A DNA stretch of 64,000 bases from a virus. The notes beneath the pieces were generated by a model, which was given only the letters and a program-made list of their open reading frames with translations, had not been told where the DNA came from and ran no database searches. Positions 38,413 through 47,894 of this stretch are shown piece by piece. Made by a program: the position numbers and the translations under genes. The DNA lies in IMG/VR virus record IMGVR_UViG_3300047546_002006, positions 15,219 to 79,218 of that record, one strand, 5' to 3'. Position 1 is the first letter of the stretch; each line of letters starts with the position of its first letter.

Positions 38413-38718
38413 ATGGAAGAACAACAGGTTCCCCCTAGCCAACCAGCCTTTCAAGTTCCCCTGGAACAGATCACACCGGATCAACTGAATGAACTGAAGG
38501 CTCGTGCGCGTGAGCTTGCCGTCCGTCAAGCAATGGCAGAGAGGCAGGTTTTGCCTCAACCAGCTCAACCCCCTCAAGTTGTTTATGTTCGACGAAATTT
38601 AACTGTTGCCGAACTGCTGATCGTCCTCTTGATATCTTGTGGAATTGTAACAGGAATTCAGTTGGCTTGGAAAGGTGTTTCTCATGTTATTCCACGCATT
38701 GAAGTAAAGGTGAAATAA
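38413..38718 (+). CDS. Membrane protein
   Basis: C-terminal TM helix LLIVLLISCGIVTGIQLAW. Confidence 0.7.
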   Translation: MEEQQVPPSQPAFQVPLEQITPDQLNELKARARELAVRQAMAERQVLPQPAQPPQVVYVRRNLTVAELLIVLLISCGIVTGIQLAWKGVSHVIPRIEVKVK

Positions 38719-38762
38719 ATAGAACATCTATAATAAAACAATAGAGTGCATTGTAACCGTAG

Positions 38763-40541
38763 GTGGCCAATAGAAAAATTACCGAATTTTCGTCTATCGA
38801 TAGTGCTTCTATCGACGACGCAGATGTATTAACTCTTGTCCACGTTTTTGAAGTAGATCCCACCCTAAGAAATAAAAAAATTACTTTTACTGAATTCAAG
38901 GAATACTTGAATCAGTATTACATCAGCCCTAGCGGCACTGCTACATTTAGCGGTAATGTTGTAATTCAAAGTGGATTAACGGTTAGCGGAACAGCTCTTT
39001 TGGGGGCCTTAACTGCTACGGGTGCGGCAACCTTTAGTGGCGTTACTGTTCAAAATGATATTACTATTACCGGAACAACAAGCGGTACTATTGCCAGTTT
39101 TGCGACAGGTATTTTTACCAATACAGTTTCGGGCAATACGTTAACCGGACAAACTGTAAATGCTACAACAGGTAATTTTCAGTCAGTTACCAGTGTCACT
39201 GGTGTTTTTACAGGAACTCTGTCAGGTGCAACAGTAACTGGCACTGCAGCCCAATTCACTACTATTACAGGACAAAGCATTTCCGGAGCAAACGTTACTG
39301 GTGTATCGGGTGTATTTACAACCCAGCTCTCTGGGGCGACAGTCACTGGCAACACAGGATTATTTACAACGGTAACAGGACAAACACTTAGCGGTGCTAC
39401 CGGTGTTTTTCAAAATTTAACAGCTAATTCACAAGCAATACAAAACAATTTAACAGTCACTGGAACCATTGTTGCTAATGGATCAATTACAACAACAGGA
39501 AATCTAAACACCAGTGGTAATCTTGCCGTTGCTGGCTCAGGTGTTTTTGGATCTGGGATTCAAGTTACCGGAACCATTAGCGGCACAACTGTTACAGGTG
39601 CAACGGGTTCTTTTACTAATATCACCGGTGTTAACGGTACTTTCACTACACAAGTATCGGGTGCAACAGTAACAGGTAATACAGGACAATTTAGTAATAT
39701 TACTGGTGTTTCGGGAGTATTTACAAGTTATTTATCAGGTGCAACGGTTACAGGAACAACCGGTCAATTTACAACTGTTACTGGTATTAGTGGTGCATTT
39801 ACATCGTTAACTGGTACTACCATTACTGGAACCACGGCTCAATTTACAACAATAACTGGTATCAGTGGTGCGTTCACCGTAGTCACAGGTGTCACGGTAA
39901 CTGGAACAACAGCTAATTTTGTCTCAGGTGTATTTACGACTCAGCTTTCTGGGGCCACAATCACAGGTAATATTATCCGTGGTACCAGTGGAATTTTTGA
40001 TACATTAACAGCGGTTAACCAAACATTCTCCGGTGGCTTAACTTTTTCTGGTGATACTAATACTATTGGCAATGCACAGTTTCGATCTGGCGTAACAGTC
40101 ACCGGAACTTTAAGTGGCACTACCATTACAGGAACAACAGTACAAGCCACAACTGGCACATTTGTTTCTTTAACTGGAACAACAACAACTGGTGTAACTG
40201 CAACTTTTGTTACTGGAATATTTACCACAGTTGTATCGGGTGCAACTGTTACTGGCACGACTGCTCAGTTTATTACTGTTACAGGTGCATCAGGCGCATT
40301 TACTTCTCTTACGGGCACCACGGTTACTGGCACAACTGCTAATTTTGCAAGTGGTAACTTCAGTACAAGTGTTTCCGGTGCGACAGTCACAGGGAATACC
40401 GGTTTATTTACAAACATCACTGGCAGCACAATAACAATCACTACACCTTCTGGCGCAACGCCAGCGGTCATCTGTTCAGGTGTAGTGTCCGGTGGAACTT
40501 CTGGATTTGTTATCCAAGGACCTTTGACGATTTTGCCTTGA
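38763..40541 (+). CDS. Thr/Gly-rich tail fibre/spike with beta-solenoid-like repeats
   Basis: N-terminal ANRKITE..I...D.L anchor; repeated SGATVTG.T.QFTT.TG..G.FT units. Confidence 0.85.
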   Translation: MANRKITEFSSIDSASIDDADVLTLVHVFEVDPTLRNKKITFTEFKEYLNQYYISPSGTATFSGNVVIQSGLTVSGTALLGALTATGAATFSGVTVQNDITITGTTSGTIASFATGIFTNTVSGNTLTGQTVNATTGNFQSVTSVTGVFTGTLSGATVTGTAAQFTTITGQSISGANVTGVSGVFTTQLSGATVTGNTGLFTTVTGQTLSGATGVFQNLTANSQAIQNNLTVTGTIVANGSITTTGNLNTSGNLAVAGSGVFGSGIQVTGTISGTTVTGATGSFTNITGVNGTFTTQVSGATVTGNTGQFSNITGVSGVFTSYLSGATVTGTTGQFTTVTGISGAFTSLTGTTITGTTAQFTTITGISGAFTVVTGVTVTGTTANFVSGVFTTQLSGATITGNIIRGTSGIFDTLTAVNQTFSGGLTFSGDTNTIGNAQFRSGVTVTGTLSGTTITGTTVQATTGTFVSLTGTTTTGVTATFVTGIFTTVVSGATVTGTTAQFITVTGASGAFTSLTGTTVTGTTANFASGNFSTSVSGATVTGNTGLFTNITGSTITITTPSGATPAVICSGVVSGGTSGFVIQGPLTILP

Positions 40542-40582
40542 TATTTTGAACTAAAATAAACAAAAGACAGTAGAGAAAACAA

Positions 40583-42445
40583 ATGCCTTACGGTACCATC
40601 AAAGTTGACACGATTACGTTTACGAATGGTGGCGTAGATAAAAGTATTTCAATTTCTGGCTTAGCTCAGAATCCAACATTTACAGGTAACGTAACAGCTA
40701 CTGGTACTATTTCTGGGGACATTATCCAAGGTGGTACCACTGTTTCAGGTTTAACAGTTACTGGTACAACGGCTAATTTTGTCTCAGGTGTATTCACAAC
40801 ACAGATTTCTGGTGCTATTGTCAAGGTCCCAGCAGGAACTGCTGCTATACCTAGTTTGCAGGTAGGTACAGGCGCAAGTGTTTCCCCTGGTTTATACGGT
40901 GCGGGCACCGATTTACTGGGAATTAGTACGGGCGGAGCTAGTGCTGTAATTATTGATTCTGTTGGTCAGTTACGTGTTGTTAATATAGGTTCTGCTGCCG
41001 CACCAGCATTTGTTGTAGGTAATGATTTAAATACAGGCATCTACAGCTCCGGTGCGGACCAGCTGGCGATCAGCACGAACGGCACGGAACGCCTCCGCAT
41101 CGCTTCCACCGGTGCCTTTGGTCTATCTGGCGCTAACTACGGCACCAGCGGCCAGGTTTTAACCAGCAACGGTTCTGGTAGTACTCCTACATGGACAACA
41201 ATTAGTGCAGGTGGTGATGTCTTTTTATCAGCCAATAATGCATTTACTGGTGCCAACACGTTTTATAACAGCACTGGACAGACGTTTGGCACAGCAACAT
41301 CAACACAAGATGGCATTATACTTGCCGGACGCGCTGGTGGTACAACTTCATTAAGAGTTACTATTCGGCCAGATGCATTAACAGCAAGCAGAACCTTAAC
41401 GCTTCCAGACGCAAGCGGTACAGTTCTTTTAGGGGCCAGCAATAATGCATTCACTGGAGCTAATACATTTTATAACGGAACAGGACAGACGTTTGGCACT
41501 GCAACATCAACGCAAGATGGAATCATACTTGCCGGACGTGCTGGCGGCACTACATCATTAAGAGTCACGATTCAACCAGGGACACTAACAACATCAAGAA
41601 CACTCACTCTTCCCGATGTAACAGGAACCGTTGTCACAACAGGTGATACGGGTACAGTTACAAGCAACATGATTGCTACTGGAGCTATTGCAGATACAGA
41701 TATCAACGCAAGTGCTGCAATTGCATATAGCAAACTAGCAAATATGACGGCAGGTTCTATCTTGCTTGGTAACGCGAGTAACGTACCAACAGTTACCGCA
41801 ATGAGCGGCGATGTAACTATTACAAGCGGTGGGGTTACATCAATTGGCACTGGTGTCATTGTTAATGCTGATGTAAATGCTTCGGCTGCAATTGCGGGAA
41901 CAAAAATTAGCCCTGATTTTGGTAGCCAAAATATTATTACTACCGGATCAGTACAAGGAAGCCTTAAAGCGGAATCTGCTATCTCAACAGTTTCTGTTAG
42001 TACTGCAACATTCTCTTCTATCCCAAGTTGGGTAAAACGAATTCATCTTTTATTTAGTGATGTCAGTACCACAGGGGCAGATTCTTTTGGGATTCGAGTT
42101 GGCACTTCTGGTGGAATTGTTTCAACTGGATATTTAGGTGCAAATTTCCGTGTTTCAGATGGTGGCACACCAAGCGTAGCTGCTTTTTCAACAGAGTTTA
42201 CAATAGTTTTTGCAGGCTCCAGTGGAGCAGCTAGCATCTATTCCGGCAGCCTGACTCTTTCCAATATTACAGGAAATACCTGGGTCATAGGTGGGACTTT
42301 TGCTGCAAACGCAACTGGCACAAATAATAGGACGGGATGTTTAAACGGCTATATTGCCCTGGCTGGAGCATTGACCCAAGTACAGCTTGTTGATATTACT
42401 GCGGGATTTGACGCTGGATCCTTTAATATCTTATATGAAGGTTGA
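40583..42445 (+). CDS. Tail fibre protein
   Basis: Fibre motifs (DLNTGIYS.GADQL.I.TNGTERLRI, GTSGQVLTSNG, RTLTLPD, DINASAAIA..K) and C-terminal receptor-binding-type domain. Confidence 0.88.
   Translation: MPYGTIKVDTITFTNGGVDKSISISGLAQNPTFTGNVTATGTISGDIIQGGTTVSGLTVTGTTANFVSGVFTTQISGAIVKVPAGTAAIPSLQVGTGASVSPGLYGAGTDLLGISTGGASAVIIDSVGQLRVVNIGSAAAPAFVVGNDLNTGIYSSGADQLAISTNGTERLRIASTGAFGLSGANYGTSGQVLTSNGSGSTPTWTTISAGGDVFLSANNAFTGANTFYNSTGQTFGTATSTQDGIILAGRAGGTTSLRVTIRPDALTASRTLTLPDASGTVLLGASNNAFTGANTFYNGTGQTFGTATSTQDGIILAGRAGGTTSLRVTIQPGTLTTSRTLTLPDVTGTVVTTGDTGTVTSNMIATGAIADTDINASAAIAYSKLANMTAGSILLGNASNVPTVTAMSGDVTITSGGVTSIGTGVIVNADVNASAAIAGTKISPDFGSQNIITTGSVQGSLKAESAISTVSVSTATFSSIPSWVKRIHLLFSDVSTTGADSFGIRVGTSGGIVSTGYLGANFRVSDGGTPSVAAFSTEFTIVFAGSSGAASIYSGSLTLSNITGNTWVIGGTFAANATGTNNRTGCLNGYIALAGALTQVQLVDITAGFDAGSFNILYEG
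41234..41640 (+). repeat. 207-nt (69-aa) tandem duplication in the tail fibre
   Basis: NNAFTGANTFYN.TGQTFGTATSTQDGIILAGRAGGTTSLRVTI...RTLTLPD begins at 41234 and 41441. Confidence 0.9.
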
Positions 42446-42453
42446 TTTTAACC

Positions 42454-42618
42454 ATGGCTAAAAAGTACTCTATTGTTTTTGATTGCGACACTAAAACAAC
42501 GTCTTATTACGAAGAAGACGAAAATGGGATTGTCACTGAAATTGACAGTATTCCAGAACAGCCATTGGTTAATGAACAGATTTTACCGACGCAAGATCCA
42601 TTGCCCGGCACAAATTGA
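42454..42618 (+). CDS. 54-aa acidic protein, possible fibre chaperone (absent from ORF track)
   Basis: MAKKYSIVFDCDTKTTSYYEEDENGIVTEIDSIPEQPLVNEQILPTQDPLPGTN. Confidence 0.55.
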   Translation: MAKKYSIVFDCDTKTTSYYEEDENGIVTEIDSIPEQPLVNEQILPTQDPLPGTN

Positions 42619-42646
42619 TATACTTTATGTAAGGTGAACTAAAACC

Positions 42647-42832
42647 ATGACCTGCACAAAAGAAGACCTGGTTTCCGCAATTAATTCGTTTGGCGCAGCC
42701 AAAGCAACTAATGACATCAACCTCATTACGTTTGCTGGTAACTTGCTTGCTGAATTACTAGAAACCATTGAATTTGGAGAAGCTGTTCCACAAGGCGAAA
42801 CGCCTGTAGTGACACCCGATGTTATTGAATGA
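42647..42832 (+). CDS. Hypothetical protein
   Basis: 61 aa with AAGGTGA RBS. Confidence 0.7.
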   Translation: MTCTKEDLVSAINSFGAAKATNDINLITFAGNLLAELLETIEFGEAVPQGETPVVTPDVIE

Positions 42833-42870
42833 TAAAAGGTGACTTAGAGTTAGTAAAAGACTCTAGGTCC

Positions 42871-43896
42871 ATGGCAATAAAGCTTGTAGAGGCAGCCGAG
42901 TTTTTTAAAGGTCTGCCTCATCAAATCAATGCTTTTGAATGGCTTCAGGGCAGAGTTTCTACTTCTGACCTGGAGCTTTTTGCGCGTAAATACAGAAATC
43001 AAGATAAACCTAAAGTTGAAATAGAAAACTTTACCAATGATTGGGCAGGTCTTATTGCAGCAGCAAAACAAGCAGGATCTAAATATCCAGAAGTAGTTGC
43101 TGCACAGTGGGCTTTAGAATCAGGCTGGGGCAAACACACCTCCGGTACACATAATTATTTTGGGCTTAAAGGTACAGGATCAAACGTTAATACACAAGAA
43201 TTTTTAAACGGTAAATGGATCACAATTAAAGCTGGGTTTATTGATTTTCCAGATCTTTATACCTGTGTCTGTTACTTAGTAGAAAGATGGTATAAAGATT
43301 TTGGAAAGTTTAAAGGAGTAAACCGTGCACAAAATAGAAATGAATGTGCACGATTATTAGTAGTAGAAGGTTACGCAACGGATCCGTCTTATAGTGACAA
43401 GTTGATGCAAATTATGGACAGAGAGCTGGATATGAAGCCAGCACCAGCCCCTAAGCCAAGCCCTGCACCAGCCCCTAAATTCAATCCGTGGAGCCCTTTT
43501 ACATATAAAATAACACCAAATATTGCATATGGTGAATTAACCCTTAATCAAGAAGGTCGTAGGTTTAACAAACAATACCAATGTGACACTGCGCTAGAAA
43601 TCTGCAAGTTTCTTGAAAAAGCTCGTTCAAAATTTGGGAACAAACCTTTAATTATTACTAGCGCAAATCGACCTCCAGCTGTTAATGCAGCAGTAGGCGG
43701 TGCATCAAATTCTGAGCATTTATATTCCGCACCTAATGTAGGTGCTATTGACTTTTATATTGAAGGAATTAATTTATGGACTTTACAGGACTGGTGTGAT
43801 AATAATTGGCCATACTCAGTTGGCTATGGAGCACCAAAAGGTTTTGTCCATATTGGAATTAGAGCAGGAAAACCAAAAGTAAGATGGGATTATTAA
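42871..43896 (+). CDS. Modular endolysin: N-terminal module, GH73 glucosaminidase and peptidase M15
   Basis: AAQWALESGWG..HNYFGLK..YATDPSY (GH73); SANR...VGGASNSEH...AIDF...GFVHI (M15). Confidence 0.92.
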   Translation: MAIKLVEAAEFFKGLPHQINAFEWLQGRVSTSDLELFARKYRNQDKPKVEIENFTNDWAGLIAAAKQAGSKYPEVVAAQWALESGWGKHTSGTHNYFGLKGTGSNVNTQEFLNGKWITIKAGFIDFPDLYTCVCYLVERWYKDFGKFKGVNRAQNRNECARLLVVEGYATDPSYSDKLMQIMDRELDMKPAPAPKPSPAPAPKFNPWSPFTYKITPNIAYGELTLNQEGRRFNKQYQCDTALEICKFLEKARSKFGNKPLIITSANRPPAVNAAVGGASNSEHLYSAPNVGAIDFYIEGINLWTLQDWCDNNWPYSVGYGAPKGFVHIGIRAGKPKVRWDY

Positions 43897-43899
43897 AGG

Positions 43900-44061
43900 A
43901 TGAAAAAGTATAAGGAGCCTTATATCAGGGTAAATATCTGCTGGGAAGTAGGAGAAGAAAAAAAATGCGTAACCTTGTCAAAAGAACAAGCTTACGCAAC
44001 AAGAGAATGGGTTGAAAAGAATGATGGAACAGTATTTTGGTTCCAAGCATTACCAAATTAA
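43900..44061 (+). CDS. 53-aa hypothetical protein (absent from ORF track)
   Basis: MKKYKEPYIRVNICWEVGEEKKCVTLSKEQAYATREWVEKNDGTVFWFQALPN. Confidence 0.6.
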   Translation: MKKYKEPYIRVNICWEVGEEKKCVTLSKEQAYATREWVEKNDGTVFWFQALPN

Positions 44062-44226
44062 TCAACGTTGTTTGGCACGTCCAATAACTAAACCAGCAAT
44101 TTCAATAAGACGATACGCTTTACGAGCAAGTGCATCATCCTTGGGCGTGGGAGTTAATGCGCAAATTGCAGAACATGCTGCATGAATAGCTAAAGCAACT
44201 TCTAAATACTGATTAAGGTGAGACAT
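44062..44226 (-). CDS. 54-aa holin-like membrane protein (absent from ORF track)
   Basis: MSHLNQYLEVALAIHAACSAICALTPTPKDD...; TM plus TPTPKDD motif; AGGAG RBS and TAGAAT box upstream. Confidence 0.7.
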   Translation of the reverse strand: MSHLNQYLEVALAIHAACSAICALTPTPKDDALARKAYRLIEIAGLVIGRAKQR

Positions 44227-44390
44227 TGTTATCTCCTGTTTCTTTTATTCTAAGAGCAAATATAATCTTTTAAATCTTTAAACATCGTAAATGCGACACC
44301 CAGAAGCATGCGGGTTTTGGCTGCAATACTCAACCCAGGTTGGACTTGGTTTTTTAGGGGTTTGTTTAAATAATGCGAGTAAAAATTTAA

Positions 44391-45137
44391 TCATGCTCGA
44401 TTAGCCAAAGGAACCAAGACTGAGGGAAATTTATCTGTATCTTGATGTGATGCAGACCAGATTTCCTTCCATTCTGACAGAGAGTGATCGTGAATAGACT
44501 CGTAGAAAGAATCATCAACAGGATCTAAGATAATATTAAAGCCATCCTCTGTCAAAAACAATCCGCCTTCAAAATCTTCAACTTGAAAATAACCTTCAGT
44601 AGTTGGAAATTCAACAACTAGCACAAAGGCATAATCTTGTGGTTCATTCCTGGTAGTAGAAACACAAATTAAATAACTACCTTTGGTCAAAGGATAGTAG
44701 TGATCATCTCCTCGATCAAGGCGTACGGGAGAAAATGTATTATACAGATCAGATTGAGCGGCCATGACATCGCCAAAGTATGGATAATATGTTCCGTTTG
44801 TAGTAGGAACAGCTACAGAATCTTGATCAAAAATTGAATGACCTTGAATTGGATTAACGTTTAAATCGTATGCTGATAAATGAATATATTGAGGCCTGGG
44901 AGAATCATCAACTAGGATGATCCAAGCAGGAGAAGTAATTTCAACTTTAAACCAATGGTTATAAGTGCCGCCGCCAAAGCCCCCACGTGATTGATCCCAA
45001 GTATCTGCAGATCCTACTAATTGATTTTTGGGACCTAGCGAACCACGTAGATATTTAATTGCAGTAGAACTAAATGAACCAAGCATCAAAGGATTTTTTT
45101 GAGTCCTTTGCTGTTGAGTTACTGTTGATCTTGACAT
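44391..45137 (-). CDS. Hypothetical beta-rich protein, possibly virion-associated
   Basis: 248 aa; FLTEDG motif common in phage structural proteins. Confidence 0.6.
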   Translation of the reverse strand: MSRSTVTQQQRTQKNPLMLGSFSSTAIKYLRGSLGPKNQLVGSADTWDQSRGGFGGGTYNHWFKVEITSPAWIILVDDSPRPQYIHLSAYDLNVNPIQGHSIFDQDSVAVPTTNGTYYPYFGDVMAAQSDLYNTFSPVRLDRGDDHYYPLTKGSYLICVSTTRNEPQDYAFVLVVEFPTTEGYFQVEDFEGGLFLTEDGFNIILDPVDDSFYESIHDHSLSEWKEIWSASHQDTDKFPSVLVPLANRA

Positions 45138-45835
45138 TCTATCTTGTAATACTGCCTGTATTCATCATCATAATCTGGGCAATTCCGGTGCACCAATGGA
45201 TGTTGAATTGTCTGTTTGTACTTATGTTCACGTAACATTTTTAATTGTTTTTCCTCCCGCACCCTTGCAAACTGCATTAGTTTTTCTGGTTTAAATACAT
45301 ATTCAAATGGACTGATAGCACCAGGGGGGAAGGTGCGATTCCAACTAGAGATTAAATGCAGAGGATTTAAACAATGTTTATTGCCGCATACTCTGGTAAC
45401 AAACATTGAACCAATATCGCCCCAGGCGGATTGATAAATAATTTTGTGAACAGTAACATTAGCTGAATTTTGCTTGGCATATAAAGATCGATAGGATGGC
45501 ATGCACAATCGTTTCTTAGTCAGCTTGGGAGCTTCCCAGCAATCTTCTAAATGACCGACAGGTATTTGACGCCAGAGATCCGCATATTTATGTTTGTAGT
45601 TTGCATTCATGTAATTAATATCAAAACCACAAATATTGTCACGAATTTTTAACGCACAGTGATAACACCAATGCATTTCTTTGTCACGAACAACATGATC
45701 ATGGGCGCATGGAAACCCTTTGTAATAACCAAGCTCATCTAGCTGTTTTTCCGATAAATGGTCAATATCAGGAATCCAGGTAATAGTTGGAAGTGTCTGT
45801 AAAACTTGAACTGCTTTTCTCGGAAGATTGGCCAT
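45119..45835 (-). CDS. Zn-finger plus His-Me finger (HNH-like) protein
   Basis: YYKGFPCAHDH..R....CYHC; CWE...VHKIIY...VTRVCGNKHCLNPLHL. Confidence 0.75.
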   Translation of the reverse strand: MANLPRKAVQVLQTLPTITWIPDIDHLSEKQLDELGYYKGFPCAHDHVVRDKEMHWCYHCALKIRDNICGFDINYMNANYKHKYADLWRQIPVGHLEDCWEAPKLTKKRLCMPSYRSLYAKQNSANVTVHKIIYQSAWGDIGSMFVTRVCGNKHCLNPLHLISSWNRTFPPGAISPFEYVFKPEKLMQFARVREEKQLKMLREHKYKQTIQHPLVHRNCPDYDDEYRQYYKIECQDQQ

Positions 45836-45837
45836 GG

Positions 45838-46209
45838 TTAATTGCAGTGAGTTTTGGAATACATCCCACTTTTGACGTAAGGACGTTTGTGGAGCTTTGG
45901 CGGCTCATGTACGTGAAACACCAACTCTTTTCGGTTGTCTTTGTCTATATTGTCTCGCATGTGTCTCACGTATCCACTCCCTGGATCGTGACCAGTACGC
46001 AAGTAATACACAATTCGATGCGCTGAGTAGGGAATGCCCCCCAGGTAAACCGTGTAGTAACCAGTGCGTTTGTTCTTTTTTCCTGCCATATCCCCCGCCT
46101 GATGCCGCCCATTTGTCTCCGCCCACGCCAGGCCGCTGGGGTATGCGTCAGACAAGCTCAGCTTCTCCTCCAGGTGCCAGAGCGGAAGCATTTGAGTGTA
46201 CTCACGCAT
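45838..46209 (-). CDS. HNH endonuclease-like protein
   Basis: GD.AG....GYY.V...G..YSAHRIVY...G...VRH...DN. Confidence 0.75.
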   Translation of the reverse strand: MREYTQMLPLWHLEEKLSLSDAYPSGLAWAETNGRHQAGDMAGKKNKRTGYYTVYLGGIPYSAHRIVYYLRTGHDPGSGYVRHMRDNIDKDNRKELVFHVHEPPKLHKRPYVKSGMYSKTHCN

Positions 46210-46610
46210 CTTTAACGCACCGCCACTAAGAACAGAGTACCAGGGGGGAGCAGGCCCCTGGTGGAAACAGAACCAAAATTCATGTCAAAACATAGATTCT
46301 TCTTTAGTTAAACACGGATTACACTTCGCTACCCAAAGTGTATTGTTTTGTCAGTATTTCTCAAGTGAGATCAACCTGAGAATACTAATCTTAACTTGAG
46401 ATTCCCTTGGACACCCTGAGTCAATTTCATACACTTTTACACCTAAAGTGTAATTAGCGTCATGGTAAGAGTAAATCGACCCTTTGACATGAATTCTGCT
46501 GCATCCGCCCCTAACAAGAAGCAAGTCCGCGACCCAGGTGGTACTGGTGAGACAAAAGGGACACAAAAAAGCCCCCGCAGAGCGGAGGCCCGGACCCCAT
46601 GCAATCGACC
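46210..46610. other. About 400-nt non-coding region, candidate replication origin/control region
   Basis: No convincing ORF; GC hairpin 46239-46262; TGAG[A/T] at 46366, 46377, 46397, 46417, 46548. Confidence 0.4.
46565..46589 (-). terminator. Rho-independent terminator after the primase-speD-GT operon
   Basis: Minus strand GCCTCCGC-tct-GCGGGGGC-TTTTTT. Confidence 0.85.
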
Positions 46611-46613
46611 GTT

Positions 46614-47894
46614 TTAGTTTAAGGCGCCTACCAGCCGGCGCTCCTTACGTTCTTTTTTCTTCTTGTTTTTCTTTTTTGGTTGAGTCTCATCTTGTTGAGT
46701 CTCATGTGATACATCTTTGAGTACATCTTCAAAGATGCCACCGAACTGAGAAGCGACTGTATCCCAGTCAAATTGGCTGTCAGTGACACGTTCGTAGCAC
46801 CGCTGGGCCACAGCATCTAGCTCTGCCCGATCGTGGTACAGGCGGTTGAGGATTTCAGTTAGATGCTCGACAGATGGGCATGGCAGCTCTCGTGCGTAGT
46901 TGGTATCGACATCAACGTGATCGCAACGGATGAGTTCACCACATCCTTCAAAGATTTCCTTACAGGACGTGTGGTCAGGAACCACCTGGGCGACACGGCA
47001 AGCAGCATGTTCAAAGTTAACAAGCCCCCAACCTTCACCCTTACATGTATTGATACCGATGTCAGCGGAGTTATAAATCCAGTTCAATACTTCCACAGAA
47101 ACATTGGGAGGATTTGGTGTGTTTGCTGTCAAGACGATCCTTCCGTTTGGATCAAGGCCCACACGATCCATGGCACGCGCAAATACGGACATGACATCCC
47201 AGCCTTGATCTTTCATGCCCATGTGAAGGTACAGCTGCGCCTCTGGTTTATCTACAGCAAACTGGGCGAAGGCATCAATAGTGATGTCAATTCGTTTGCG
47301 GAATTGATTGCGATTACCATTAAAGACAATAAATGCATCCTGTTTAATACCAAGACGCTCTCGTGCTTCTTTTTTATCACATGGTTTGAATTGACCAGCA
47401 GTTACCCCATGTGGAATTACTGCAATTGGTTTAGTAATACCCCCACGAATAAATTCGTGGGCACCAAATTCAGTGTAAGAGATGACAGCATCCCAGTTAT
47501 TAGCTGTATCAGAAAGGCAACCAATCCAAGAATACGAATCCATGGGCGCATAACCCACAAATTTAAACTTACCTTCTTTGTGTAGATCTTCGATCCGCCT
47601 GTACTGCTCATTAATGATCCACATATCATTAATAGTGAAGACAACGTCTGGCTCTTCTTTTTCTACAACTTCCCTGATACGTTCTTCACCAAATGGAGCC
47701 TGCTGGAATCGATTGGACGAAGGATACATTTTATACTCAGCCTGTAGCGGAGTTGGATCACCCCACCAGTTATGGCCAAGGACAACGATATCAAAGTTGT
47801 CTTTCAATCGACTGAGTACATTTTCTGTTACACGAGCAAATCCCGTCATGGCAACGATGTCACCACACCAGAGCAGTTTAGGTTTTTTGGTCAT
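46614..47894 (-). CDS. GT4-type (GT-B) glycosyltransferase
   Basis: TGFARV N-terminus, NRNQFRKRID, EGWGLVNFEHAAC (EX7E). Confidence 0.92.
   Translation of the reverse strand: MTKKPKLLWCGDIVAMTGFARVTENVLSRLKDNFDIVVLGHNWWGDPTPLQAEYKMYPSSNRFQQAPFGEERIREVVEKEEPDVVFTINDMWIINEQYRRIEDLHKEGKFKFVGYAPMDSYSWIGCLSDTANNWDAVISYTEFGAHEFIRGGITKPIAVIPHGVTAGQFKPCDKKEARERLGIKQDAFIVFNGNRNQFRKRIDITIDAFAQFAVDKPEAQLYLHMGMKDQGWDVMSVFARAMDRVGLDPNGRIVLTANTPNPPNVSVEVLNWIYNSADIGINTCKGEGWGLVNFEHAACRVAQVVPDHTSCKEIFEGCGELIRCDHVDVDTNYARELPCPSVEHLTEILNRLYHDRAELDAVAQRCYERVTDSQFDWDTVASQFGGIFEDVLKDVSHETQQDETQPKKKNKKKKERKERRLVGALN

Noticed and set aside
41234-41640. Fibre duplication considered as a DGR VR/TR pair
   Set aside because: In-frame, internal and tandem, not at the C-terminus; no RT gene seen
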